This document shows, in pieces, positions 13,324 through 26,100 of a DNA stretch of 64,000 bases. Source of the DNA: Dictyostelium discoideum (taxonomy: Eukaryota); contig CM000151.3 in assembly GCA_000004695.1 (NCBI GenBank), positions 6,816,001 through 6,880,000 on the forward strand, in the 5' to 3' direction. Every line of letters starts with the position of its first letter. Positions within the stretch are counted from its first letter, which is position 1. The notes beneath the pieces were generated by a model. That model had not been told where the DNA came from. It saw only the letters and a program-made list of their open reading frames with translations, and did not search any database. Position numbers and translations under genes: made by a program.

Positions 13324-13934
13324 TACAAAAAAAAAAAAAAAAAAAAAGTAAAAAAAAAAAGTAAAAAAAAAAAAAGAAAAAAAAAGTAAAAAAAAAAGAA
13401 AAAAAAAAAGACCAACCAAAAAGAAAAAAAAAAAAAAAACCAATAAGGAAAAAAAAAAAAAAAAAAAAAATTCTCTTTTTTAAATTATTAAATAAAGCTA
13501 AATGTATTAATATAATAATGGTGTAAGAATAATAAAAGAAAAAAAAAAAACTGGAAATTATTTTAACCCGCAATTCAAAAAAAAAAAAAAAAAAAAAAAA
13601 AAAAACAAAAATTGAAAATAAGAAAAAATTAATAAAATTTTTTAACGATTTTTTTTTTTAAAACTACAAATAAGAATAAAAACTAGACTGTTTGGTGATT
13701 GAAATGAATATTTATTTATATTTTTTAGTTTTTTTTATTTATTTTTTTCAAAATTATGAAAAAAAGTGGAAAAATCTATTTCTTGAAGAAATTAAAATTA
13801 GTATTGCGTTGGTGAGTTATCGAATGAACATCGGTGCTTGTGATCGTCAAAATCAACGTATAAAAAAAGAATTTTATTTGGGTCATAATAAAAAATGGTA
13901 TTTAACTGTGTTTTGGTATATCATTTTAAAATCT

Positions 13935-13972
<38 letters not shown>

Positions 13973-13982
13973 CATTTTTTAT

Positions 13983-15106
13983 TTAAAGCTTAATAATAAC
14001 TTTACCAATGTTTTTATTGCTTGTTTCAAATATTTTAATAAATGATGGAATAATTTGATCAAAACCATTATTAATTACATGTTTTTCAATCATTTTACCT
14101 TCTTTTAACCATTTTGATAAATGTTGGAAAGCATCTTTATAATCTTCATCAGAATAATCAAATACTAAGAAACCTTGCATTGTAATTCTTTTTTCAAACA
14201 CTATGTATTGTGCTCTTTGTCCAATATCATCTGTTACTTTTTTATTGTAAACGGATATGGCGCCACAACAAGCAACTCTTGCATGAACATTCAAAAGTAA
14301 GAGAATTGGATCAGATACTTGGGAGAGAGAGAAAAGAAAAAAAAAAAAAAAAAAGTTAGATTTTAGAAATTTTAAATAAATTAATTATTAAAAATTATTA
14401 AAAATATACCTTCACCACCAACATTTTCATAAAAGATATCAATACCATTTGGGCATGCTTTTTTTAAATCTTCAGCATATGTTGGACTATGGTAATTTAA
14501 TCCAGAGTCAAAATGGAAATCATTAATAAGTGATTTTGCCTTTTCATCAGAACCACAAATACCTACAACTCTTAGACCTAGGATTTTACCAATTTGTCCA
14601 ACGGTGGTACCAACTACACCAGCTGCTGCATTAACAACTAATGTTTCACCTTTCTTTGGTTTACCAATTAAAACAGTTCCATAATATGCAGTAACTCCAG
14701 GCATACCACAAATTCCCAAGTAAGCTGATAATGGAGCAATATTTGGATCTGCCATTAAAATCTCTTTTGAAACTTTAACAATTTGAATTTCTTTCCAATC
14801 GAAATATCCGGAAACATGATCACCTTCTTTAAATCTATCACTTGTTGATTTTAAAACTTTACCAATACAACCACTATTAATTGGATCATGTAATTTAAAT
14901 GGATCAACAAATGTTTTCTTACTATTCATACGGGCACGTAAATATGGATCTACACTGACATATTCTAATTTTATCATAATTTGATCTTTTTCCATTTTTT
15001 GATTTTCATCAAATTTACATGTAGTAATTTTAAATTGATTTCGATCTGGCATACCATTATCTCTTTCAAAATATTTGTCTAATGTAATTTGCTTAATTTC
15101 TGTCAT
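13983..15106 (-). CDS. NADP-dependent oxidoreductase, PTGR1/leukotriene-B4 12-hydroxydehydrogenase-like (MDR superfamily); complement(join(13983..14317,14410..15106)), ~343 aa
   Basis: The N-terminus is MTEIKQITLDKYFE...LEYVSVDPYLRARM. The Rossmann motif is VNAAAGVVGTTVGQIGKILGLRVVGICGSDEKAKSL. Exon 1 ends ...FYENVGGE G|GTATAT. Exon 2 is VSDPILLLLNVHARVACCGAISVYNKK...GFDQIIPSFIKIFETSNKNIGKVIIKL*. This matches the LTB4DH/PTGR1 family along its full length. Confidence 0.8.
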
Positions 15107-15161
15107 TTTAAATTAAATAAAGTATTATTTAAAAAAAAAAAAAAAAATTTTAAATTTGTTT

Positions 15162-15192
<31 letters not shown>

Positions 15193-16778
15193 GTATTACT
15201 ATTTAAAAAATTTTCAATTGCAAGTTCAACACACTCACATAACTTTTTTTATTCATGGCTTGTAGCAAATAATTTTCCACAAAAATAAAAACCCACAAAT
15301 TACTGAAAAATAAATAATTTTATTCTCATCAATTAAATAATTTTTATTTTTTATTTAATAATTTTTTTATTATTTGTCTATTTTTTTTTTTTTTTTATTA
15401 TTTTTATTTTTATTTTTGTTGAAACTATTAATTTTCAAATTTGATATTATAATTTTATTAATTTTTGTTCTATTATTAGGTTATATATTATTTTAATGAT
15501 ATTTTTGTAAAATTATTTGAAAATAATGTGGTGGTATTCAATAAATAAAAAAAAAAAAAAAAAATCCAAAGATTAAGATTTTGTTTGATTATTTTTTTAA
15601 AATAGCTATGTCTTAAGATCTTAATTTGATGTTAAGAAATATCACTTCGATTTTAAAGAAGGTATTTTATTATTATTTTAATAAAAAGAAATCAAATTAT
15701 TACAAAAAAAAAAAAACAATACCGGAATGTAAAATATTGTTAGGTTGCGTCATATTGGAATTTAATAAAATAACATAATTTTTGGAATATTTTTGTGGTG
15801 TTTTTTTATGTACTCACAGTTAAGTTTTTTATTTTTTATTGGGTGTGTGTGTGTGTTTTTATTTAAATTTTTATTTTGATTTTTTTTTATTTTTTTTTTT
15901 TATTTTTATTTTTATTTTTAAATGAACTAAATTGTTCGATTAGGTTAAAAAGAAATTATTGGTGTTGATTAATTTTTATCTTCAATTTTTTGAGAGAGTT
16001 TAAATAAAAAATAAAAAAAAAAAAAAATTATTGTGTGGGGCAACATATGAGTTTTTTTTGTTGTGGTCTTATTCGTTTAATTAAAAGAAGTTATTTTTGA
16101 AATTTAAAATAAAGAAACAATTATTTAAACATTATTATGAGCTTTCTGTTCCATAAAAGTAATAAAATCTGTTAAGTATTAAATTTTTTATTTTTTTTAT
16201 TTTTTATTTTTTTAATTTTTTTTTTTAAATTAATTGGAAAAAAAAAAAAATATAAAATAGGGACTTTTTTTTTAAAAAAAGCCTTTTGGATTGTCATTTA
16301 TAAACAAATGTATTTTACATATTAAAATATTATTTTAATTTTTTTTTTTATTTTTTTAATTTATTTTTATTTTTATTTATTTTTTTCTTTTTTTTTTTCT
16401 TTTTTTTTTTAAAAAACTATAAATTAATTTTTTAAATTATTTTTTTTAATTTTTGTTAGTTAAAAAAACATTTAATTAAATAAAAATCATTACAACTGTA
16501 TTAATAATAAATAAATAAATAAATAAACTTTTTTTTTATATAAATTAGTAAATAAAAAAAAAATTTATGACTTTAAACAAAATAAATAAAATTATTTTTA
16601 ATTATAATAAAAATAAAAACAATTCAAATTAGCGAAAAAATGATAAAAGTAAGTTTATAATTATAATTATTTTTTTTAATTGTTTTTTTTTTTTTTATTT
16701 TTTTTTTATTCTTATAATTTTTTTTTAATTTATTTAAAAATAATATTTATTAATTAATTATTTTAAAAGGGATCAAGT

Positions 16779-18218
16779 ATGGTTTTAAAAGAGCTCTCAA
16801 GTGGAGCTTTAAGAAGAGGATCAAAGGAATTTATTTCAAATGTACAAAGAAGAAATTCAATTTGTGGACCATGTATTGGACTCGATTCAAAGCAATCACT
16901 AACTTCAACATCTAAAATGTTTTCGGATGATTCAATTGGTTCAATTTTAGAAAATTCGACAAATATTCAAGATTTTCAAGATAGTTTTCAAAAACCTCAA
17001 CCATTTCCAGTAAGAAATAATTCAATTTCTGGAATTATAAATTCAATAAAGAATGAAAAAATAAAAAATTTAAATCCATTAACTTTTCAAAATAATGGAA
17101 TTGTAAATAATGGAATGTACGATATGAATAGAAGATTCTCAATTGACCCTCTTTCAATGAGTAATTATTATTATTATTATTATTATTATTTATTTCTTAA
17201 TTCTATTATTTTCATTTCTCCATTATTTGTTAATTAATTCCAAAAATTTCTTTCTTTCCTTTATTTCTTTTTATTTTTTTTAAAAGGTTCAAAAAGAGAG
17301 ACTAATAATAATAATAATTTATTTCCAAATGGAAATTTAGGAAAATTTAAATCTTTTAATCTTGGTAAGTAATTTTTTTTTTATTTTTTTTATTTTTTTT
17401 TTATTTTTTTTTTTTTTTAAAAAATTAATAATAATTAATTTTTTTTTTAAATAAATATATCAATAGATGAAAGTTTTATTGAATTAGAAGCAGAATCAAC
17501 ATTTAATAATGTTTGGGGTGAATTAGTAACAAAATATGGATTAGAGAATTTAGAATTCCCAAAAGAGATAACATTTTTAGCAGGAGCACCTGGATCAGGT
17601 AAAGGTACGAATACAGAAGTTTTAATGAATGCATTAGGAGTTAATGAAGAACCAATTGTGATGAGCTCATTATTGAATTCACCAGAATGTATTGAAATAA
17701 AGAAACAAGGTGGATTGGTTAATGATAAAGTTGTATTAGAACTTTTATTGAAAAAATTAAGTAAACCCGATTATTTATGTGAAAATCAAGGTCCAAAGAA
17801 AGGTGTTATCATCGATGGTTTCCCACGTTCTGCCAAACAAGTTAAATTTGTAGAATTACTCTTTGATAAACTAGTTAAAATTAGAAAAACAATTAATCCA
17901 AACGCTTCTTTACCACGTTTTAGAATTAGTGTTTTACATGTAAGTGAAGAAGAATCTGTAAAGAGACAATTATCTCGTGGAGAATATGCACTTAAAGAGA
18001 ATCAAATTAGAAGAGATAAAAACTTACCACTTTTAGAGATTAGAGATACCGATATCGACCCAAATGCCTCTAAAAAACGTTATACCTTGTATCAAGAACA
18101 ATTCAATCATTTAAAATCTTTAGAAGATAAATTCGATTTTGATTTAATTGATGCAAATGGTACTTTAAAAGATGTACAAAATACAATTAAAACCTCTTAT
18201 GCTAAATTACAACCACAC

Positions 18219-18224
<6 letters not shown>
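16779..18224 (+). CDS. Adenylate kinase-like / NMP kinase domain protein with N-terminal extension; join(16779..17160,17287..17364,17467..18224); possible extra 5' micro-exon ATGATAAAA at 16630-16638
   Basis: The P-loop is FLAGAPGSGKGTNTE and the NMP-binding motif is VIIDGFPRSAKQV, both diagnostic of the adenylate kinase family. Exon junctions are ATGA|GTAATT -> aaaag|GTTCAAAAAG...AATCTTG|GTAAGT -> caatag|ATGAAAG, all in consistent phase (1, 1). The possible upstream exon is ATGATAAAA|GTAAGTTT (16630-16638), with acceptor ttttaaaag|GGATCAAGTATG in frame (phase 0). Confidence 0.7.
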
Positions 18225-18249
<25 letters not shown>

Positions 18250-18383
18250 TAAATTATATACACATTAAAATTTTTTACCGATAAATATATTAAAATTAAT
18301 TATTCTATTTTATTCTTTATTATTTTTACAAAGTTAATTTCGAATAATATTGATTTAATGCGTATTGGTTTTTACTAATAGTT

Positions 18384-21300
18384 CTAACCAAATTTTTGAT
18401 TTAAAAGTTTTAATTTATAGTAAATTACATATGGTTCCAATTGGTGTTTATATTTATCAAATAAGTGATTTATAATATCTTGATAATCTGAATAATCTTT
18501 GTATATAATTGTACCAAACCATTCAACCATATTAGTTGATAATGGTTTGCCATATTCATCCAATTGTTTGGTTATTGAATTTACATGTTCACCATCATCA
18601 TTTGCATCCTCTTGTTCACCATTAACAACATTATGATTCTCTCTTTTTAAATGGATTTCATATTGTTGTAATAAATTATCTAATTTAATAAATGATTCTA
18701 AATCAAATGTTTTAATTATTAGCTTCAATAGTTGATAATCTAAAAATGGTTCTTTGACTTCATTTGTCTTTCTAAATTTTAATTCAATTTCGAAATAATG
18801 TAAAAATAAATTAATTCTTGGATTATTATTATATAACATTTTGGGAAATATTTCCATATTAAAATCATTTTTTGTAATTTCCATGACTGTTGAATCGATA
18901 AATTGGTTTAAATCGTTATTATTTCTCTTTGTAAATATGTTTTCGAATGTATATACTGATATATCTATATGATAATATAATAATGGTCTTTTAAAACCAG
19001 TTAAAGGATCTACACTAACGGTAATACATGATGCAATAATTGGTGATAGTGTTTTTAAATAATAGTATGAATTATGTTTTGAACTAGCTATTTTAATATA
19101 GTTTGATATTAATTGATAAGCTGTTTTGATTTGATCAATTGTTAAATTATTGACTCTAATTAACTTTAAAAATAAGTAATTCAATATCAATGATAAATTT
19201 GATAATGATAATTGACCATCTTTGAATTTATCGATTAAAAATTGAATCATTTCAATTAAATCTTTATATAAATATTTGCATGTATAGATTCTATCTTGAA
19301 AACGATCTTTAAATGCTTCTTCTAATTCTAAATCTTTACCATTTAAATTATCAAGAATAAACTGAACACCTTCAAAATTTAAAAGTTCTACAAATATATG
19401 AAATAAATAAGAAGTTACATTTGGAAAGTGATTGAAATTGACTTTAATTTTAGTGAGATTGATTATTTGGCATGTTTGTTGAGTTGGTATTTTGAATTCT
19501 TTGAATTTTTCATTTTCATGATAACTTTCTGAATGGTCCCAAACCTCTCCTTCGTCGGTGTATGAATTAGTATAAAACCTTTTAACCACAAAATTGAAAA
19601 GTTTTATTACAAAATCACCCCAATCATCATAATCTGAATAAAACTCATCAATAGAATCACAAATTAATCTTAGGTATTTAATTGAATTTCTTGAACCAAA
19701 TTGAATTATTTGAATCATATAATATTTAAATAAATCTTCACTGTTATTAAAGTTTGATTGGTTTAAACCGTTTATTAGTGATACAATATCATCATGAGTA
19801 CGTAAAATGTGAATATTACACAACTCTTTATTTGAATCTAAAATTGGAATTACTTGCTTAAATTTGATTCTTGCATATTCTAATAATTCTGATGTACTAA
19901 AATCAAGTTTCATTTGTTTTAATTTTGAATGTAAAGCATTTCTTATATTTAAAATACTACAACCACCACCTGTTTCTATATCTGATAACCAATCGATTGT
20001 TTCTTTATCTTTAATTGTAACAATCATATCATTATCAATTAGATTTGATGTAATTTCTTTCCATTTCGATGATGATTTACTACATAAAATGGAATTCAAC
20101 TGTTTATCACCTAAAGCTATATCCTCCTGCTCCTTTGTCGGTATTATATTATTTAATAGCTTTTCATCAATATTTTCTATAATGATTGATTTTTGTGATA
20201 TATAGATTTTGTTGAATTTATTAATATTGTTTTTATTAATTTGATTATCTTTGAATAAAATATTGAGAAATGATCTACTAATACTGGCTAAATCTGATTT
20301 TGTTAAAATAATTTTTATATGTTTTTTCAATAGAAACTTTAATATATTGGTGTTATAGGTTTTTGTCATGAAATAGAGTAATACTACCATCATTTCTTCG
20401 TCAGGTTCAATATTATCAATTGGTTCATTATATTCTTTTAAATAACATGCATATAAAACAATTGATTCAGTTTCATTGATTAATAGTTGAAATAGTTGTT
20501 TAATTGATTGATATAGCGTACAACGTCTATGTTTATTATTTTGAATTATTATATCAATTTGAGTTTGAATAGATGTCGGTATACTTTTTTTTGATTTACC
20601 TCCATAATAATAGTTGCAGTAATACAATTTAAAATATAATAAAACTGAATTAATTGATGTAGAGATATACTCTAATTCTCCTTTAACATCTTTTATGTGC
20701 TCATTAATACATTTATCAAATCCATAACAAAAACTTGAAACCATATCTTTATGACGAGCTGACTCTCTAATTTTTTCAAATCTTGGTAGTAATGGTTTGT
20801 GTGGTATTTTAACATTATGACCTAAATTTTCTGCTGGATAATAAAATGACGTTCGAATATTATTATAACCTAATGATAGTAATTTTTGAAATTTCAAATA
20901 CCAACGTACATTCACATTTATACCTGTTCTTGAAAATGTCTGAAGATCATATAGATCTCTAAATATTGATGTTGGTGATATTGGAATATTCAATATTATT
21001 TTAATCTTTTCTTTAATTTCTTCATGATTGTCAAGATCTTCAAAGCCATTACATGAAATACAGTCCATAATGAAATAATTTCTTTCGATTTTTGTTAAAG
21101 TGAATGGTTTATTATCATTGAGGTATTGTTCATAATAATCTAAAACTCTCATTAACAATTTTGGGTGATTAAGTCGAAAGATTGATTTTATCATTGATGG
21201 AATATAGGTTTGTAATTCTTCTGGATGATATTTTAAATGAATATCAAATAAATCTACTGATTTTATACCCCAAATCTTATCGAATAAAATTTTAACATCA

Positions 21301-21590
21301 CCTCTGTAACCTTTAAAAAGTAATAATGAATATATCTCTTTGAATACTTCTATATCTTTTATTTCATTGATTTTAGCATTTCCATATGAACTCTTAAAAT
21401 TTAAAATTTCATCTGCTTTTAATTTACATATCAAAAGTTGATATTGTTTATGTTTTAACATTGAATATATTGATGTAATAGTTTTAAATTTTTTACTTTT
21501 ATGACAACATTTATTTTTTAATATATAATTTAATAAATATTTATTTTTAAAAACTTTCCAAAATAATCTTTCATTATATTCATTATTCAT
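18384..21590 (-). CDS. Paralog B (full length, 1068 aa) of the lineage-specific protein family; single exon
   Basis: This is a continuous 1068-aa ORF in ~78% AT DNA. It is >90% identical over the N-terminal ~640 aa to the ORF at 23123-26353. The 3' flank (~90 nt) is also duplicated. No known domain is recognised. Confidence 0.85.
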   Translation of the reverse strand: MNNEYNERLFWKVFKNKYLLNYILKNKCCHKSKKFKTITSIYSMLKHKQYQLLICKLKADEILNFKSSYGNAKINEIKDIEVFKEIYSLLLFKGYRGDVKILFDKIWGIKSVDLFDIHLKYHPEELQTYIPSMIKSIFRLNHPKLLMRVLDYYEQYLNDNKPFTLTKIERNYFIMDCISCNGFEDLDNHEEIKEKIKIILNIPISPTSIFRDLYDLQTFSRTGINVNVRWYLKFQKLLSLGYNNIRTSFYYPAENLGHNVKIPHKPLLPRFEKIRESARHKDMVSSFCYGFDKCINEHIKDVKGELEYISTSINSVLLYFKLYYCNYYYGGKSKKSIPTSIQTQIDIIIQNNKHRRCTLYQSIKQLFQLLINETESIVLYACYLKEYNEPIDNIEPDEEMMVVLLYFMTKTYNTNILKFLLKKHIKIILTKSDLASISRSFLNILFKDNQINKNNINKFNKIYISQKSIIIENIDEKLLNNIIPTKEQEDIALGDKQLNSILCSKSSSKWKEITSNLIDNDMIVTIKDKETIDWLSDIETGGGCSILNIRNALHSKLKQMKLDFSTSELLEYARIKFKQVIPILDSNKELCNIHILRTHDDIVSLINGLNQSNFNNSEDLFKYYMIQIIQFGSRNSIKYLRLICDSIDEFYSDYDDWGDFVIKLFNFVVKRFYTNSYTDEGEVWDHSESYHENEKFKEFKIPTQQTCQIINLTKIKVNFNHFPNVTSYLFHIFVELLNFEGVQFILDNLNGKDLELEEAFKDRFQDRIYTCKYLYKDLIEMIQFLIDKFKDGQLSLSNLSLILNYLFLKLIRVNNLTIDQIKTAYQLISNYIKIASSKHNSYYYLKTLSPIIASCITVSVDPLTGFKRPLLYYHIDISVYTFENIFTKRNNNDLNQFIDSTVMEITKNDFNMEIFPKMLYNNNPRINLFLHYFEIELKFRKTNEVKEPFLDYQLLKLIIKTFDLESFIKLDNLLQQYEIHLKRENHNVVNGEQEDANDDGEHVNSITKQLDEYGKPLSTNMVEWFGTIIYKDYSDYQDIINHLFDKYKHQLEPYVIYYKLKLLNQKFG

Positions 21591-21849
21591 TATAATTAAT
21601 TATTAATTTATTATTTATTATTTCAACGTTTTATGAAATATCTTTTGAAAAAAAAAAAAAAAAAAAAAAAAAAAGAATTTTTTTTAAAAAATTAAAAATA
21701 TTTTTTGGAAATTTTTTTTTTGAAAAAAAAAAAGAAATTAAAAAAAAAATTTTTTTTATTAAATTTTTTTCTAAAAAAGAAATTTCTAAAAATAACTTAA
21801 TGTGAGAATTAATATATTTTTTTAAATTTGAAAATTCACCCTTTTTTTA

Positions 21850-21880
<31 letters not shown>

Positions 21881-21992
21881 TCCTTCCTTGTGAGTTTTTT
21901 TTATAACCAAAAAAATAATTTTTAAAAAAATTAAATTACCTTAAATTTGAAATCTTTTTTTATAAAATGTTTGTTTTAAGAATTTTTTTCCG

Positions 21993-22033
<41 letters not shown>

Positions 22034-22097
22034 CAATAGTTAGTTATTTATTTTTTTTTTTTTTTTTTTTTTTATTAATCAAATTTATTTTTTATTC

Positions 22098-22100
22098 TTT

Positions 22101-22131
<31 letters not shown>

Positions 22132-22206
22132 TTATTAATTTATTAATTTGAATCCATATTAATTTCAGCAGCCAAAAAAAACTAAATAAAAAAATAAATA
22201 AAAAAA

Positions 22207-22237
<31 letters not shown>

Positions 22238-22250
22238 AAAAATAAACAAA

Positions 22251-22289
<39 letters not shown>

Positions 22290-22292
22290 ATA
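22098..22292. repeat. Inverted pair of (TTTA)n / (AAAT)n microsatellites flanking a ~50-bp spacer
   Basis: (ttta)n runs ~22098-22135 and (aaat)n runs ~22186-22292 on the same strand. They are reverse complements of each other. Confidence 0.85.
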
Positions 22293-22616
22293 TATAAACC
22301 AAATTAACAAAAAAAAAAAAAAAAATAAAATAAAATAAAGGATAAAAAAAAAAAAAAAATTCAAATGTATAAACATTAAAAAGTGGTCATCATCACCATC
22401 ATATTTTTCTTCTTATTTTTCTTATCAAATTATTACAATCAATTAAGAAAGATAAAGAGAAAAATCTTGTTTTGATCAAATTTTAAGGTTGGTGAAAAGT
22501 AATTTTTTGCTGCACTGGTTGGTTGATGGCACAGTATGAGTAGTTATTAGTTGGTGCACCATCAACTACTCATGTTGAATCACCAGGCTCACCTACTCAA
22601 GCTGCACCATAATAAT

Positions 22617-22631
<15 letters not shown>

Positions 22632-22715
<84 letters not shown>

Positions 22716-22740
22716 AAAGAATAAATAAATAAATAAAAAA
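22632..22740. repeat. (AAAT)n microsatellite
   Basis: aataaataaataaataaa... read directly. Confidence 0.9.
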
Positions 22741-23122
22741 CAAATAAAACTAGTTTTAATAAATCTAAAACTTTGTAAATGTGTTTTGAAAAAAAAAAAA
22801 AAAATTTTGGTTTAAAATTCAAAAAAAGAATTATCTTCTCTAAAAACGAAACCCTTTTCAAATGATAATTGTTGAACACCACTACTACAATCACTACCAT
22901 GAATCTATTAATTTTATTTTATTTTATTTTTTAAACAAATCAATTTTTAAATTATAAATTAAAAAAAAAAAAAAAAAGATTTTAAATAATTAAATTAGAT
23001 ATTTTATTATTATAATTTTTATTTATTTTTTTATTTTAATTTAATGTTTAATTATTTTTTTTTATACTTTATTATTTTTAGAAAGTTAATTTCAAATAAT
23101 ACAGATTTAATTTGTATAGGTT

Positions 23123-26100
23123 TTAACTAATAGTCTTAACCAGATTTTGATTTAAAAGTTTTAATTTATAGTAATATATATATGGTTCTAATTGGTGTTT
23201 ATATTTATTAAATAAGTGATTTATAATATCTTGATAATCTGAATAATCTTTGTATATAATTGTACCAAACCATTCAACCATATTAGTTGATAATGGTTTG
23301 CCATATTCATCCAATTGTTTGGTTATTGAATTTACATGTTCACCATCATCATTTGCATCCTCTTGTTCACCATTAACAACATTATGAATATCTCTTCTCA
23401 AATAGATTTCATATTTTTGTAATAAATTATCTAATTTAATAAATGATTCTAAATCAAATGTTTTAATTATTAGCTTCAATAGTTTATAATCTAAAAATGG
23501 TTTTTTGATTTCATTTGTTTTTCTTTTTTCTAATTCCATTTCGAAATAATGTAAAAATAAATTAATTCTTGGATTATTATTATTATTATATAACATTTTG
23601 GAAAATATTTCCATATTAAAACCATCTTTTACAATATCTATGATTGTTGAATCGATAAATTGGTTTAAATCGTTATTATTTCTATTTTTAAATATATTTT
23701 TGAATGTATACACTGATGCATCTATATTATAACCACAGAATGGTGTTCCTTTTTTAAAACCATTTGCAGGATCTTTAATAATTGTAATACATGATTCAAT
23801 AATTGGTGATAATGTTTTTAAATAATAGTATGATGTGTGTTTTGAACTATCTATTTTAATATAGTTTGATATTAATTGATGAGCTGTTTTGATTTGATCA
23901 ATTGTTAAATTATTGACTCTAATTAACTTTAAAAATAAGTAATTCAATATCAATGATAAATTTGATAATGATAATTGACCATCTTTGAATTTATCGATTA
24001 AAAATTGAATCATTTCAATTAAATCTTTATATAAATATTTGCATGTATAGATTCTATCATGAAAACCATCTTGAAATGGTTCTGTATTTAATTCTAAATG
24101 TTTACCATTTAAATTATCAAGAATAAATTGAACACCTTCAAAATTTAAAAGTTTGATAAATGTTTGAAATAAATTAGAGGTTTCATATTGAAAGAGATTA
24201 ACTTTAACTTTAATTTTAGTAAGATTGATTATTTGACATGTTTGTTGAGTTGGTATTTTGTATTTGTTGAATTCTTCATTTTGATAATAACCAAGTGAAT
24301 CCTCTGAAACATCTGCATTATAGGAGTATGAGTTTGTAAAAAACTTAATAACCTTATAATCGAAAATACTAACTACTAAACCACCCAAACCATCATAACC
24401 TGAATAAAATTCGTCAGTGGAATCACAAATTAATCTTAGATATTTAATTGAATTTCTTGAACCAAATTGAATTAGTTGAATCATATAATATTTAAATAAA
24501 TTTTCATTATCATTAAAGTTTGATTGGTTTAAACGATTGATTAATGATACAATATCATCATGAGTACGTAAAATGTGAATATTACACAACTCTTTATTTG
24601 AATCTAAAATTGGAATTACTTGCTTAAATTTGATTCTTGCATATTCTAATAATTCTGATGTACTAAAATCAAGTTTCATTTGTTTTAATTTTGAATGTAA
24701 AGCATTTCTTATATTTAAAATACTACAACCACCACCTGTTTCTATATCTGATAACCAATCGATTGTTTCTTTATCTTTAATTGTAACAATCTTATCATTA
24801 TCAATTAGATTTGATGTAATTTCTTTCCATTTCGATGATGATTTACTACATAAAATGGAATTCAACTGTTTATCACCTAAAGCTATATCCTCCTGCTCCT
24901 TTTTCGATTTTATATTATTTAATAGCCTTTCATCAATATTTTCTATAATGATTGATTTTTGTGATATGTAGATTTTGTTGAATTTATTAATATTGTTTTT
25001 ATTAATTTGATTATCTTTGAATAAAATATTGAGAAATGATCTACTAATACTGGCTAATTCTGATTTTTTTAAATTGATTTTTATATGTTTTTTCAATAGA
25101 AACTTTAATATATTGGTGTTATAGGTTTTTGTCATGAAATAGAGTAATACTATTATCATTTCTTCATCAGGTTCAATATTATCAATTGGTTCATTATATT
25201 CTTTTAAATAACATGCATATAAAACAATTGATTCAGTTTCATTGATTAATAGTTGAAATAATTGTTTAATTGATTGATATAGCGTACAACGTCTATGTTT
25301 ATTATTTTGAATTATTATATCAATTTGAGTTTGAATAGATGTTGGTATACTTTTTGATTTACCTCCATAATAATAGTTGCAATAATATAATTTAAAATAT
25401 AATAAAACTGAATTAATTGATGTAGAGATATACTCTAATTCTCCTTTAACATCTTCTATGTGCTCCTTAATACATTTATCAAATCCATAACAAAAACTTG
25501 AAACCATATCTTTATGACGAACTGACTCTCTAATTTTTTCAAATTTTGGTAGTAATGGTTTGTGTGGTATTTTAATATTGTGACCTAAATTTTCTGCTGG
25601 ATAATAAAATGACGTTCGAATATTATTAAAACCTAATGATAGTAATTTTTGAAATTTCAAATACCAACGTACATTCACATTTGTATCTGTTCTTGAAAAT
25701 ATCTCAAGATCACATAGATCTCTAAATATTGATGTTGTTGAAATTGGAATATTCAATATTATTTTAATCTTTTCTTTAATTTCTTCATGATTGTCAAGAT
25801 CTTCAAAGCCATTACATGAAATACAGTCCATAATGAAATAATTTCTTTCGATTTTTGTTAAAGTGAATGGTTTATTATCATTGAGGTATTGTTCATAATA
25901 ATCTAAAACTCTCATTAACAATTTTGGGTGATTAAGTCGAAAGATTGATTTTATCATTGATGGAATATAGGTTTGTAATTCTTCTGGATGATATTTTAAA
26001 TGAATATCAAATAAATCTACTGATTTTATGCCCCAGATAGTATCAAATAAATTTTTAACATCTCGATAACCTTTAAAAAGTAATAATGAATATATCTCTT

